From: an uncultured Actinomycetes bacterium
GTDB taxonomy: Bacteria > Actinomycetota > Thermoleophilia > Gaiellales > JAICJC01
Direction: 5' to 3'
Assembly: GCA_963797565.1 (NCBI GenBank)
Contig: CAWCPM010000010.1
Coordinates: forward strand, 69,834 to 133,833
Length of the DNA stretch: 64,000 nucleotides
Shown here: positions 14,730 through 23,982 of the stretch, piece after piece
Numbering within the stretch: the first letter of the stretch is position 1
How the letters are laid out: the number at the start of each line of letters is the position of its first letter
Program-made: the position numbers and the translations under genes
Notes under the pieces: generated by a model
Database searches by the model: none
Seen by the model: only the letters and a program-made list of their open reading frames with translations
Told to the model about the DNA's origin: nothing

Positions 14730-17700
14730 TCAGCGCGCTGCACAGCGGCCCAGCGCCGGCTCGGCGCCGATCTGCTCGTAGACGGCGCGGGCCTCCCCCA
14801 CGCGACCCATCAGCTCCAGACAGCGGGCCTGCTCGAACACGCAGCCGAGCCGTCGGAAACCGGCCTCGGCCCGGGCCAGCGCCAGCTCGTCACCGGCCAG
14901 GCCGCGGGCGCGATCGATCTGGGCAACGGCCCGCGGCAGCTGATCGGTGCCGCTGAGCGCGTCGAGCGCGGCCAGCGTCTCGTCGAGCTCGTCCCAGCGC
15001 CCGAGCGCAGCCTGCGCCTCGGCCGTGATCGCCAGCACCCAGATCCGCGAGAACGGCACCGACGCCACCCGCTCGAGGGCGAGCTGCGGCTCGCCGGCTC
15101 CGAGCAGCGCCTGCGCGACGATCAGATCGAACTGGGCCGGCACGCGCCCGATCCGCCGCTCGATCGTGTCGGCCCGCTCGTTCTGGCCGCGCAGCAGGTG
15201 CACCGCCGCGGCCACGCCGCCGACCAGGCCCGGCACATTCAGGCGCCGGCCCGGGCCGTCCTGCCGGAACACCTCCAGGAAGCTGTCGTGCGCGCGCAGC
15301 GCGTCGTCCCAGCGATCCCAGTAGAAGTACGCCTCGACGCGCGTGCGCGCCGGATACGCCACCCACCGGCGGTCGCCGCCGGCCACCAGCTCGTCGGCGA
15401 GATCTGCCGCCGCCACGGCTCCGGCGTAGTCGCCCAGCGCGGTGCGGTGGCGGGCCGTGGCCGCGCAGATATCCATCTGCTCCTCGCGGAACGCGATGCT
15501 CCGGATCAGCGACATGCGACGCTCGAAGGCCTCGGACGCCTCGTCGAACCGCCGCAGCGCCACCAGCAGCGTCGCCCGCGCATCCAGCGCCGCTGAGATC
15601 ACGAGCGGCCCCGAACGCTCCAGCCGCTCGGCGATCTCGAGCGCCTGGTTGGCCACAGCCAGCGCCTGCTCCTGAGGCGGATCGGTGTGCTCGAACCGCC
15701 ACACGACCAGCGCCTTCGCCACCAGCAGCCGGGCCTGCAGCACCGAGGCATCGGCCGACAGCGCATTTCGCAGGCCGTCCTCGATCTCGGCCTCGATTGC
15801 CTCGCGGGTCGGTGCCGCCCGCAGGTGCAGGCCACCCCAGCGGGTGGGCAGGTCGACCCACTTCCAGGACAGCCGTGCCATGTCGTGCTCGCCCAGGCCG
15901 GCTCGGTGACCGTGCTCGAGCGCCTGGCCGTAGGCGTCGAGCGCGTCATCGAGCTGCTCGGCCATCCAGTAGGCGTCGCCGACGGCCTCGGCCGCCAGCG
16001 CGCGGTCGCGCTCGCCGTTGGCCAGCGACTGGGCCAGCCCCGCCTGGCGCAGAGCCAGGCCATGGGCGTACACCTTGCGTGCCTCCGACGCTGCCCGCAG
16101 CAGCATGCGGACGGCATCCGGGCGCGCCTCCGCCGTGCCCAGCGAGACGGCCGACGCGTAGTGGCCGGCGACGGTCTGCGGCTCGGCGTCGCGGCGGCCC
16201 TCGAGCCAGCGGGCCAGCTGCATGTGGATCCTCCCCCGCTCGCTGCGCGGCATCGTCTCGTAGGCGACGTCACGGATCAGCACGTGCTTGAAGCCCCAGC
16301 CGGAGCCGAGCGCGATCAGCAGGTCGCGACGTGACAGGTTGGCGATCAGCCGCTTGTGCACGCCCTCCGGATTGACCACCGCCAGCTCCTCTTCGCCGAA
16401 CGTGCGGCCGATCACCGCCGCCCGCTGCATGAAGCGCTTCTCCTCGACCGGCAGCAGGTCGAGGCGCGCGGCGATCACGCCCTGCACGGTCAGCGGCATC
16501 GCGTCGCCGCCCTCCGCAGCCATCGCCAGCAGCTCCTCGAGGAAGAACGGGTTGCCCCCGGCCAGCTCGACCGCCTGCCGCGCGTCGTCGTCCTCGGACG
16601 GCAGCGCTCCGGCCAGGCGCTGCATCTCGGACTGCTCGATCGCATCCAGCGTGACGACGGTGGCGTTACGGATCCCTGAGCCCCAGTCCGGCCGCGCCCG
16701 CAGCAGATCGTCCCTGGCCATGCACAGGATCACGAGCGGCCCGCGGACGTCGCCGGTGGCAAGCGACTCCACCAGGTCGAGCAGCGCCGGCTCGGCCCAG
16801 TGCACGTCCTCGAGCACCACCAGCACCGGCTGCAGACCCGACAGCGAAGTCAGCACCAGCCGCCAGGCATCGCGGCCGCGGCCCATGTCCTCGAAGTCGT
16901 CCTCGGGCGGCGACGGGTCGTCATCACCGGACAGTCCGGCAGTGCGAAGCACATCGTCGATCTCCCGGTCGCGGCCGTCGCCCAGCAATGCCCGCAGGTG
17001 CCCCTCGGCCTGCCTCCGCGCCTGATCGCGCGGCGCGTCGCCGGCGATGTCCGCGGCCCGCAGCAGCACATCCGACAGCGGCGCGTAGGGACCGCCCTCG
17101 CCGTAGGGAAGGCAGCGCCCCAGCCACACGACCGGAGGCTGCGGCTGCAGCTGCAGCTCGATCACAACCTCCTCGGCCAGCCGGCTCTTGCCGATGCCGG
17201 GCTCGCCGATCACCGTGATCAGATGCGGACGCCGGTGCTCGACGGCGCGCGACACGAGCGAGGTGATCAGCGAGAGCTCGCCGGTGCGTCCCACGAACGG
17301 GCCCCGGGAACGGCGCCGCCGGTAGGCGGTGGCGGGCGCGACGCCGGCCACCGCATACGCGACGACCGGCCCGCCGCGGCCCTTCACGACCAGTGACCGT
17401 GGCTGCACGGTGCGAACGATCGGCTCCAGCGCCCGGAAGGTGGGCTCGCCGATCAGCACCTCGCCGGGCTCGGCGGCCTGCTGCAGCCGTGCGGCCAGGT
17501 TCACGATCTCGCCGGTCACCAGGAAGTCGCGGCCGGGCGTGGTGCCTGCGACGACAACGCCCGTGTAGATGCCGACCCGCAGGTCGCAGTCGACGCCGTG
17601 TCGGCGCCCGACGCCGGTCAGGCGCGAGATCATGGTCAGCGCCGCGCGGACGGCCCGCTCCGGGTCGTCCTCGTGCGACTGGGGAACGCCGAACACGGCC

Positions 17701-18056
17701 ATCACGGCGTCGCCGATGAACTTCTCGACCGTCCCGCCGAAGGCGGCGGCCGCCTGCGACAGCTCGCTGTAGACATCGGCCAGCAGCGCGCGCAGGTGCT
17801 CCGCGTCGACCCGCATCGCCAGCTCGGTCGAACCGGCCAGGTCGGCGAACAGCACGGTGGCCAGCTTGCGCTCCTCGCCGCCGGCCGACTCCGGGGTCAG
17901 CGGACGGCCGCAGTTGGGACAGAAGCGTGCGCCGTCCGGGACGGCGCTGCCGCACGCCGGGCAGGTCAAACCGGGTGCCTGGTGCTGCGCCTGTCCACGA
18001 TGAGGGGTCCCATGAGGGCCGTAGGATACCCTTGCGCGGTTCCCTCTCCCGACCAC
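14730..18056 (-). CDS. zinc-ribbon / class III adenylate-guanylate cyclase / AAA(STAND) ATPase / TPR-like multidomain regulator
   Basis: CPACG..CPNCG zinc ribbon; cyclase core (LFADLAGSTE..EKFIGDAVMAVFG..VNLAARL); Walker A (GEPGIGKS); long helical-repeat C-terminus. Start codon uncertain. Confidence 0.85.
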   Translation of the reverse strand: MVGRGNRARVSYGPHGTPHRGQAQHQAPGLTCPACGSAVPDGARFCPNCGRPLTPESAGGEERKLATVLFADLAGSTELAMRVDAEHLRALLADVYSELSQAAAAFGGTVEKFIGDAVMAVFGVPQSHEDDPERAVRAALTMISRLTGVGRRHGVDCDLRVGIYTGVVVAGTTPGRDFLVTGEIVNLAARLQQAAEPGEVLIGEPTFRALEPIVRTVQPRSLVVKGRGGPVVAYAVAGVAPATAYRRRRSRGPFVGRTGELSLITSLVSRAVEHRRPHLITVIGEPGIGKSRLAEEVVIELQLQPQPPVVWLGRCLPYGEGGPYAPLSDVLLRAADIAGDAPRDQARRQAEGHLRALLGDGRDREIDDVLRTAGLSGDDDPSPPEDDFEDMGRGRDAWRLVLTSLSGLQPVLVVLEDVHWAEPALLDLVESLATGDVRGPLVILCMARDDLLRARPDWGSGIRNATVVTLDAIEQSEMQRLAGALPSEDDDARQAVELAGGNPFFLEELLAMAAEGGDAMPLTVQGVIAARLDLLPVEEKRFMQRAAVIGRTFGEEELAVVNPEGVHKRLIANLSRRDLLIALGSGWGFKHVLIRDVAYETMPRSERGRIHMQLARWLEGRRDAEPQTVAGHYASAVSLGTAEARPDAVRMLLRAASEARKVYAHGLALRQAGLAQSLANGERDRALAAEAVGDAYWMAEQLDDALDAYGQALEHGHRAGLGEHDMARLSWKWVDLPTRWGGLHLRAAPTREAIEAEIEDGLRNALSADASVLQARLLVAKALVVWRFEHTDPPQEQALAVANQALEIAERLERSGPLVISAALDARATLLVALRRFDEASEAFERRMSLIRSIAFREEQMDICAATARHRTALGDYAGAVAAADLADELVAGGDRRWVAYPARTRVEAYFYWDRWDDALRAHDSFLEVFRQDGPGRRLNVPGLVGGVAAAVHLLRGQNERADTIERRIGRVPAQFDLIVAQALLGAGEPQLALERVASVPFSRIWVLAITAEAQAALGRWDELDETLAALDALSGTDQLPRAVAQIDRARGLAGDELALARAEAGFRRLGCVFEQARCLELMGRVGEARAVYEQIGAEPALGRCAAR

Positions 18057-18067
18057 AGCGAGGACCC

Positions 18068-19573
18068 ATGAAGATCTCCACCTCTGCGGCAGCGCCGGCG
18101 ACGGCCAACGTGGACATGCTGGCCGTTGCCGTCGCCAAGCCGGTCGCCCTGGAGGGCGCCGTCGCGGAGCTCGATCGCGCGCTTGGCGGCACCATCGGGC
18201 GGCTGGTCAAGGCCGGTGAGATCCGGGGCACGGCCGGCCAGGTGACCGTGCTGCACACCGACGGACAGGGCGTGCGCGCGCGCCGGGTGGCGGTGGTCGG
18301 CCTCGGCAAGCTGGCGACGGCCGACGCCGAGTCGGTGCGCAACGCCGCCGGCGCCGCGGTGCGCAGCCTGGGCGGCGTGCGCGGCCGCACGCTCGCGTTC
18401 GTGCTGGACGGGTTGCCGGTGGACGCCGCCGAGGCGGCCCGCTGCGCCGTCGACGGCGCCGTCATCGGCAGCTACCGGTTCGACCGCTTCAAGACGTCGA
18501 AGACGGCCGACCGGCCGAAGCCGCCAACCGCGCTGGTGCTGCTGTCGCAGGAGCGCGCGGCGGGCGCGGCGGGGCGCCGGGCCGCGGTGGCGGCGGACGC
18601 CGTCAACCGAGCCCGCGACCTGCAGCACATGCCCCCCAACCTGCTGGGCCCGGAGCAGCTGGCGGAGCGTGCACGCGCGATCGCCGCCGCCCACCCGACC
18701 ATGCGGGTCGAGGTCTGGGACGAGAAGAAGATCGCCGCTCGCGGGCTGGGAGCCTTCGCGGCCGTCGCCCAGGCGTCCAGCCGGCCGGCGCGCCTGATCG
18801 TGCTCCGCCACACCCCGCGCAGCACCGCCCGGGCCGCCCGCGGCGTGGTGCTCGGCATGGTCGGCAAGGGTCTCACCTTTGACAGCGGCGGCTACTCGCT
18901 GAAGCCGGCCACCGCGATGACCGGGATGAAGTTCGACATGTCGGGCGCCGCCGCCGTGCTGGAGGCGTCGGACGCGATCGCCCAGCTGCAGCTCCCGCTG
19001 AAGTTCGTCTCGGTGGTGGGCGCCACCGAGAACATGATCGACACCAACGCCATGCGCGTCGACGATGTTGTCACAGCCGCCAACGGCAAGACCATCGAGA
19101 TCACCAACACCGACGCCGAGGGGCGGCTGGTGCTGGCCGACTGCCTGCACCACGCGCGCTCCCTGGGCGCGACCCACATGGTCGATCTGGCCACGCTCAC
19201 GGGCGGTGTCGTCGTCGCCCTTGGCGACTACCACGCCGGCCTGATGGGCCGCGACCAGGAGTGGATCGACCGCATCATGACGGCCGGCGAGCGGTCCGGC
19301 GAGCACACCTGGCAGCTGCCGCTGCACGAGACCTACAAGCGCCTGTTCCGCTCGGAGATCGCCGACATGGCGAACGCCTCGACGATGCGGATGGCGCAGG
19401 CGCCCTACGCCGGCCAGTTTCTGCAGGAGTTCGCGGGCGAGGGTGCCTGGGCGCACCTGGACATCGCCGGAACGGCCGACCTGGCACGCTCACGCGGCGA
19501 CTACATCGGCAAGGGCGGCAGCGGGTTCGGCGTGCGGCTGCTCGTCGAGCTGGCCGAGGCGCTCTGCGGATGA
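18068..19573 (+). CDS. pepA: leucyl aminopeptidase (M17)
   Basis: VGKGLTFDSGGYSLK..NTDAEGRLVLAD is the M17 signature. ATG 18068. Confidence 0.92.
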   Translation: MKISTSAAAPATANVDMLAVAVAKPVALEGAVAELDRALGGTIGRLVKAGEIRGTAGQVTVLHTDGQGVRARRVAVVGLGKLATADAESVRNAAGAAVRSLGGVRGRTLAFVLDGLPVDAAEAARCAVDGAVIGSYRFDRFKTSKTADRPKPPTALVLLSQERAAGAAGRRAAVAADAVNRARDLQHMPPNLLGPEQLAERARAIAAAHPTMRVEVWDEKKIAARGLGAFAAVAQASSRPARLIVLRHTPRSTARAARGVVLGMVGKGLTFDSGGYSLKPATAMTGMKFDMSGAAAVLEASDAIAQLQLPLKFVSVVGATENMIDTNAMRVDDVVTAANGKTIEITNTDAEGRLVLADCLHHARSLGATHMVDLATLTGGVVVALGDYHAGLMGRDQEWIDRIMTAGERSGEHTWQLPLHETYKRLFRSEIADMANASTMRMAQAPYAGQFLQEFAGEGAWAHLDIAGTADLARSRGDYIGKGGSGFGVRLLVELAEALCG

Positions 19574-20709
19574 CGCTGGGCTACGACCTGTCCGACCAGC
19601 ATGCGCAGCTCCGCGAGACGGTGCGGGCCTTCGCGGAGGGGCGGCTGGCGCCGGTCGCAGAGGAGCTCGACCGCGAGGGCCGGTTCCCGGCCGACCTGGT
19701 GCAGGCGGCGGCGGAGCTGGGGCTGCTCGGCATCCCGTTGCCGGAGAGCGCGGGCGGGTCCGGCTTCGACACGGTCGCCTACGCGATCGCGATCGAGGAG
19801 CTCGCGCGGGTGGACAGCTCCTTCGCCATCACCGTGGCCGCGCATACCTCGCTGGGCACCATGCCGATCCACCTGTTCGGCAACGAGCAGCAGAAGGCGC
19901 GCTGGCTCGACGACCTGGCCTCCGGCCGCGGTCTGGGCGCGTTCGGTCTGACGGAGGCGGGCGCCGGCTCCGACGCCGGTGCGACCCGCACCACCGCGCG
20001 GCTCGAAGGCGGCGAGTGGGTGATCGACGGCTCGAAGATGTTCATCACCAACGCCGGCACGCCGTTGTCGAAGCTGGTGACGATCACCGCGCGCACAGGG
20101 CCCGACGAGGTGTCGAACATCGTGGTCGAGAACGGCACCGCCGGGTACGACCAGTCGCAGCCGCTGAAGAAGATGGGGTGGCGCTCGTCGGACACGCGGG
20201 AGCTGACGTTCACTGGCTGCCGGGTGCCCGAGCAGAACCTGCTGGGCCCGCGCGGGGAGGGCTTCCGGCAGTTCCTCGAGATCCTGGACGGCGGCCGCAT
20301 CAGCGTGGCGGCGCTGGGGCTGGGCATGGCCCAGGGCGCCTTCGAGATGGGGCTCAGCTACGCCCGCCAGCGCGAGCAGTTCGGGCGCCCGATCGGGTCG
20401 TTCCAGGCCATCCAGTTCAAGCTGGCCGACATGGCGACCGAGGTCGAGGCGGCCCGCAACCTGGTCTACAAGGCGGCATGGCTGAAGGACCAGGGCCGGC
20501 CGTTCGCGCAGCAGGCCGCGATCGCCAAGCTCTACACCGGCGAGCTGGCCCGCCGCGCCTGCAACGAGTCGCTCCAGATCCACGGCGGCTACGGGTTCAT
20601 GGACGAGTACCCGATCAGCCGCTTCTACCGCGACGCCAAGGTGCTCGAGATCGGTGAGGGCACGAACGAGGTGCAGCGACTGGTGATCGCCCGCGGCCTG
20701 GGTCTGTGA
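19570..20709 (+). CDS. acyl-CoA dehydrogenase (isovaleryl/butyryl-CoA dehydrogenase-like)
   Basis: MTLGYDLSDQHAQLRETVRAF..GLTEAGAGSD..QIHGGYGF..YRDAKVLEIGEGT. ATGA overlap with pepA. Confidence 0.9.
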   Translation: MTLGYDLSDQHAQLRETVRAFAEGRLAPVAEELDREGRFPADLVQAAAELGLLGIPLPESAGGSGFDTVAYAIAIEELARVDSSFAITVAAHTSLGTMPIHLFGNEQQKARWLDDLASGRGLGAFGLTEAGAGSDAGATRTTARLEGGEWVIDGSKMFITNAGTPLSKLVTITARTGPDEVSNIVVENGTAGYDQSQPLKKMGWRSSDTRELTFTGCRVPEQNLLGPRGEGFRQFLEILDGGRISVAALGLGMAQGAFEMGLSYARQREQFGRPIGSFQAIQFKLADMATEVEAARNLVYKAAWLKDQGRPFAQQAAIAKLYTGELARRACNESLQIHGGYGFMDEYPISRFYRDAKVLEIGEGTNEVQRLVIARGLGL

Positions 20710-21239
20710 GCGTCCAGCAGTCGGTGATCGTCGGCGGCGTGGTGCTGGCCGTGGCGGTGGTGCTGGGAACGATCGTGGCACGGCTGGTGCCGGCCGGGTC
20801 ATGGCGTCGCAACGCCGAGGACCTCGGCATCATCCTGGGCTGCGCCTCCGCCCCGCTGGCGCTGCTGGCACGGTTCACGCACCACAGGTCGTGGCCGTAC
20901 GCGGCGGTGATCGCGATCGCCTACGGCGGCTTCTACCTGATCCGGATGCGGCAGCTGCGCAACGCCAACCGCGACGGTGTGCGGCGGCTGCTGGGCCTCC
21001 ACAGGGACGCCAGCTACGGCGAGGTGTTCCAGCAGGTTGAGCGGATCGAGCCGCGACCGGTGACGGCGACCGGCCAGCTGGTGCTGGTCGCAGCGGCGGT
21101 GGCCACGCTGGCGCTGGGCGTCATCATCGACCAGTTCACGGCAGCGCTGGCCGGCGTGGCGCTGGGCGTCGCGGAGGGCACGGTGCGCGCGGCCTACCGG
21201 CGCTCGCTGACCGCCAAGGTGCGTCGCATCGGCAAGTGA
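20706..21239 (+). CDS. hypothetical membrane protein
   Basis: A 177-aa ORF with several hydrophobic segments. GTGA overlap with the upstream ACAD. No family recognised. Confidence 0.55.
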   Translation: MSVQQSVIVGGVVLAVAVVLGTIVARLVPAGSWRRNAEDLGIILGCASAPLALLARFTHHRSWPYAAVIAIAYGGFYLIRMRQLRNANRDGVRRLLGLHRDASYGEVFQQVERIEPRPVTATGQLVLVAAAVATLALGVIIDQFTAALAGVALGVAEGTVRAAYRRSLTAKVRRIGK

Positions 21240-21241
21240 GC

Positions 21242-22444
21242 TCAGCGCGTGCGGGTGACGGGGTACCCGTTGCTTCGGACGAGCGCCACGATCTGCTCGG
21301 CATGGCCCTCGTCGCGGGTCTCCAGGATCAGCTCGATGCCTGTCTCGGCGACGGCCACCTCGACGCTCTCACGGTGGTGGCTGACGACCAGGATGTTGAC
21401 GTGGGCGTCGGCGATCAGCTTCAGCAGCTCCATCAGCTGACCGGGCCGGTCGATCAGGCGGGTGCGGATCACGAGGTAGCGGCCCTGGTTGGTGAGGCCG
21501 AACCGGATCACCTGCATCAGCAGCGGCGTGTCGATGTTGCCTCCCGAGAGGACGGCCACCACCTTGCGCCCGCTCACGCGGCCGGCGAGGATCGCCGCCA
21601 GTCCCACGGCGCCGGCGCCCTCGACGACGGTCTTGGAACGCTCCAGCAGGTGCACCATCGTCTGGCCGATCTCGGCGTCGGTGACGGTCACGACGTCGTC
21701 GACCAGCTCGCGCACCAGCGGGAAGGTGACCTCGCCCGGCCGCTTGACGGCGATGCCGTCGGCGATGGTCGTGGTCTGATGCACGGGCTCGATCTCGCCC
21801 TTCTCGAGCGAGCTGACGTAGGGCGCACAGCCGGCCGCCTCGACGCCGATCACGCGCACCTGGGGATGCAGGGCCTTGACGGCGCTGGCCACGCCGGACA
21901 GCAGGCCGCCACCGCCCAGCGGCACCACCACCGTGTCCACGTCGGGCACGTCCTCCATGATCTCCAGCCCGACGGTGCCCTGTCCGGCGATCACGGCCTC
22001 GTCGTCGAACGGGTGCACCAGCGTCAGGCCGCTCTCGGCGGCCTCCTCGCGCGCCGCCGCAAGCGCGTCGTCGACGCTGTCTCCCACCAGCTCCACGCGC
22101 GCGCCGTAGCCCTCGGTCGCTCCCACCTTCGCCAGCGAGGCGGCCCCCGGCATGTAGACGGTGGCGGCCACTCCGGCCGATCGGGCCGCGAACGCGACCG
22201 CCTGGGCATGGTTGCCGGCCGAGGGCGCGATCACGCCGGCCGCGCGCTGCGCCTCGGTCAGCGAGCGCATCTTGGTGTAGGCCCCGCGGATCTTGAACGA
22301 TCCGGTGCGCTGCTGGTTCTCGTGCTTGAGGAACACCTCACATCCGGCCCACTGGGAGAACGTCTCCGACCGGTACACCGGTGTGTGGTGGGCGACGCCG
22401 TGCAGGTTCTCGGCGGCCTCGCGGATGTCGTCCAGGGGGATCAT
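21242..22444 (-). CDS. ilvA: threonine ammonia-lyase (threonine dehydratase) with C-terminal regulatory domain
   Basis: FLKHENQQRTGSFKIRGA is the PLP-lysine motif. 400 aa with an ACT-like C-terminus. Confidence 0.9.
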   Translation of the reverse strand: MIPLDDIREAAENLHGVAHHTPVYRSETFSQWAGCEVFLKHENQQRTGSFKIRGAYTKMRSLTEAQRAAGVIAPSAGNHAQAVAFAARSAGVAATVYMPGAASLAKVGATEGYGARVELVGDSVDDALAAAREEAAESGLTLVHPFDDEAVIAGQGTVGLEIMEDVPDVDTVVVPLGGGGLLSGVASAVKALHPQVRVIGVEAAGCAPYVSSLEKGEIEPVHQTTTIADGIAVKRPGEVTFPLVRELVDDVVTVTDAEIGQTMVHLLERSKTVVEGAGAVGLAAILAGRVSGRKVVAVLSGGNIDTPLLMQVIRFGLTNQGRYLVIRTRLIDRPGQLMELLKLIADAHVNILVVSHHRESVEVAVAETGIELILETRDEGHAEQIVALVRSNGYPVTRTR

Positions 22445-22504
22445 GAGAACCGCGAAGGCTATCGGGTCGCGCTACGCGGCGCGCTCAGCAAGTAAGCTCG
22501 CACC

Positions 22505-23014
22505 GTGACCGGCGACCCCGAACAGCCTCCGCTGTACGCCCTCGTGGAGATCCCGAAGGGCAGCCGCAACAAGTACGAGTACGACCCCGCGCTGGGCCGG
22601 ATGGTGCTTGACCGCACGCTCTGGACGAGCGTTGTCTATCCAGCCGACTACGGATACCTGATGGACACGCTGGGGCGCGACGGCGATCCGGTGGATGCGG
22701 TGATCCTGGTGGCGTCGCCGACGTTCCCGGGGTGCGTGATCCCGGTCGAGCCGATCGGCGTCTTCGAGATGACCGACGAGAAGGGCGAGGACGACAAGGT
22801 GCTGTGCGTGCCGTTCAAGGACCCGACCTGGAGCCACATGCACGACATCTCCGACATCCGCGACTCGCTGCTCGACGAGATCGCGCACTTCTTCGACGTC
22901 TACAAGGACCTCGAGCACGGCGCCGACACGGTGGTCGGCGGCTGGCACGACCGCAGCTACGCCGACGAGATCATCGCCGAGGGGCGCGCGGCGTTCGCGG
23001 CCGCATCCCGCTAG
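22505..23014 (+). CDS. ppa: inorganic pyrophosphatase (family I)
   Basis: VEIPKGSRNKYEYD..YPADYGY..DGDPVDA. Confidence 0.93.
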   Translation: MTGDPEQPPLYALVEIPKGSRNKYEYDPALGRMVLDRTLWTSVVYPADYGYLMDTLGRDGDPVDAVILVASPTFPGCVIPVEPIGVFEMTDEKGEDDKVLCVPFKDPTWSHMHDISDIRDSLLDEIAHFFDVYKDLEHGADTVVGGWHDRSYADEIIAEGRAAFAAASR

Positions 23015-23982
23015 CCACCCAGCTTCAGCACCCGCTCGGCGATCTCGCGGGTGGCCGTGAGCGGATCCAGCTCGCGAGCGTGCACGCGGTCGAGCAGCCG
23101 ACGCACCTCGGCGTCGCCCTCCACCGCCTGGCTGAGCCGCCGGCGCGCCTGCGCCACGGCCACCGCCACCACCTCGTGCTCGATGCTGCGGCGGCGGCGC
23201 TGCTCGAGCCCGCCGTCGCGCTCAAGGAAGGCGCGGTGCTCGAGCACCGCCGCCCATAGCTGATCGACGCCCTCGCCGCGGATCGCCTCGGTCTCGACGA
23301 TCGGCGGCTTCCATGGGCGGTCGCGGTCGAGCGAGAGGATCGAGCGGATCTCGCTGCGCATGGTGCGCGCGGCCGGATGGTCGGCCTTGTTGATGACGAT
23401 CACGTCGGGGATCTCCATCACGCCGGCCTTGAGCGCCTGCACGGAGTCGCCGGAGCCGGGCATCAGCACCAGCACGACGGTGTCGGCGCTGGTGGCGACG
23501 TCCACCTCGCTCTGGCCGACGCCGACCGTCTCCAGCAGCAGCACATCCTTGCCGGAGGCGTCCAGCACCAGCAGCGCCTGCAGCGTGGCCTCCGAGATCC
23601 CGCCCAGATGGCCGCGGGTGGACATCGAGCGGATGAACACCCCGGCGTCGAGGAAGTGGTCGCTGAGCCTGATCCGGTCTCCCAGCACCGCGCCGTGCGA
23701 GAACGGACTGGATGGGTCGACCGAGACCATGCCGACGGTCTTCTGGTCGCTGCGCAGCAGCGTCACCAGCGATGACAACAGGCTTGACTTGCCGACGCCG
23801 GGCGGGCCGGTGAACCCGGCCACCATGGCGCCGCCGGTGTGCGGGTAGATCTCGCGCACGAGCTCGTAGGCCAGCTCGTCGCGGTTCTCGACGAGGGTGA
23901 TGGCGCGGGCCACGGCCCGCTTCTCACCGGCCAGCACACCTGCCCGGAGCGCCGGCAGGTCGAAGTCACGGCGGCCGCTCAT
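23011..23982 (-). CDS. meaB: methylmalonyl-CoA mutase-associated G3E GTPase (MeaB/ArgK)
   Basis: GFTGPPGVGKSSL P-loop, ETVGVGQSE, INKADH. Confidence 0.88.
   Translation of the reverse strand: MSGRRDFDLPALRAGVLAGEKRAVARAITLVENRDELAYELVREIYPHTGGAMVAGFTGPPGVGKSSLLSSLVTLLRSDQKTVGMVSVDPSSPFSHGAVLGDRIRLSDHFLDAGVFIRSMSTRGHLGGISEATLQALLVLDASGKDVLLLETVGVGQSEVDVATSADTVVLVLMPGSGDSVQALKAGVMEIPDVIVINKADHPAARTMRSEIRSILSLDRDRPWKPPIVETEAIRGEGVDQLWAAVLEHRAFLERDGGLEQRRRRSIEHEVVAVAVAQARRRLSQAVEGDAEVRRLLDRVHARELDPLTATREIAERVLKLGG

Noticed and set aside
23011-23014. Convergent gene pairs ending on a shared CTAG tetranucleotide, with both stop codons overlapping: ppa/meaB at 23011-23014 and GGDEF/lgt at 46653-46656.
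   Set aside because: This is a curiosity of a compact genome. With TAG stops on both strands, the palindrome CTAG is the only way to overlap them. Two cases are not enough to argue for a functional element.
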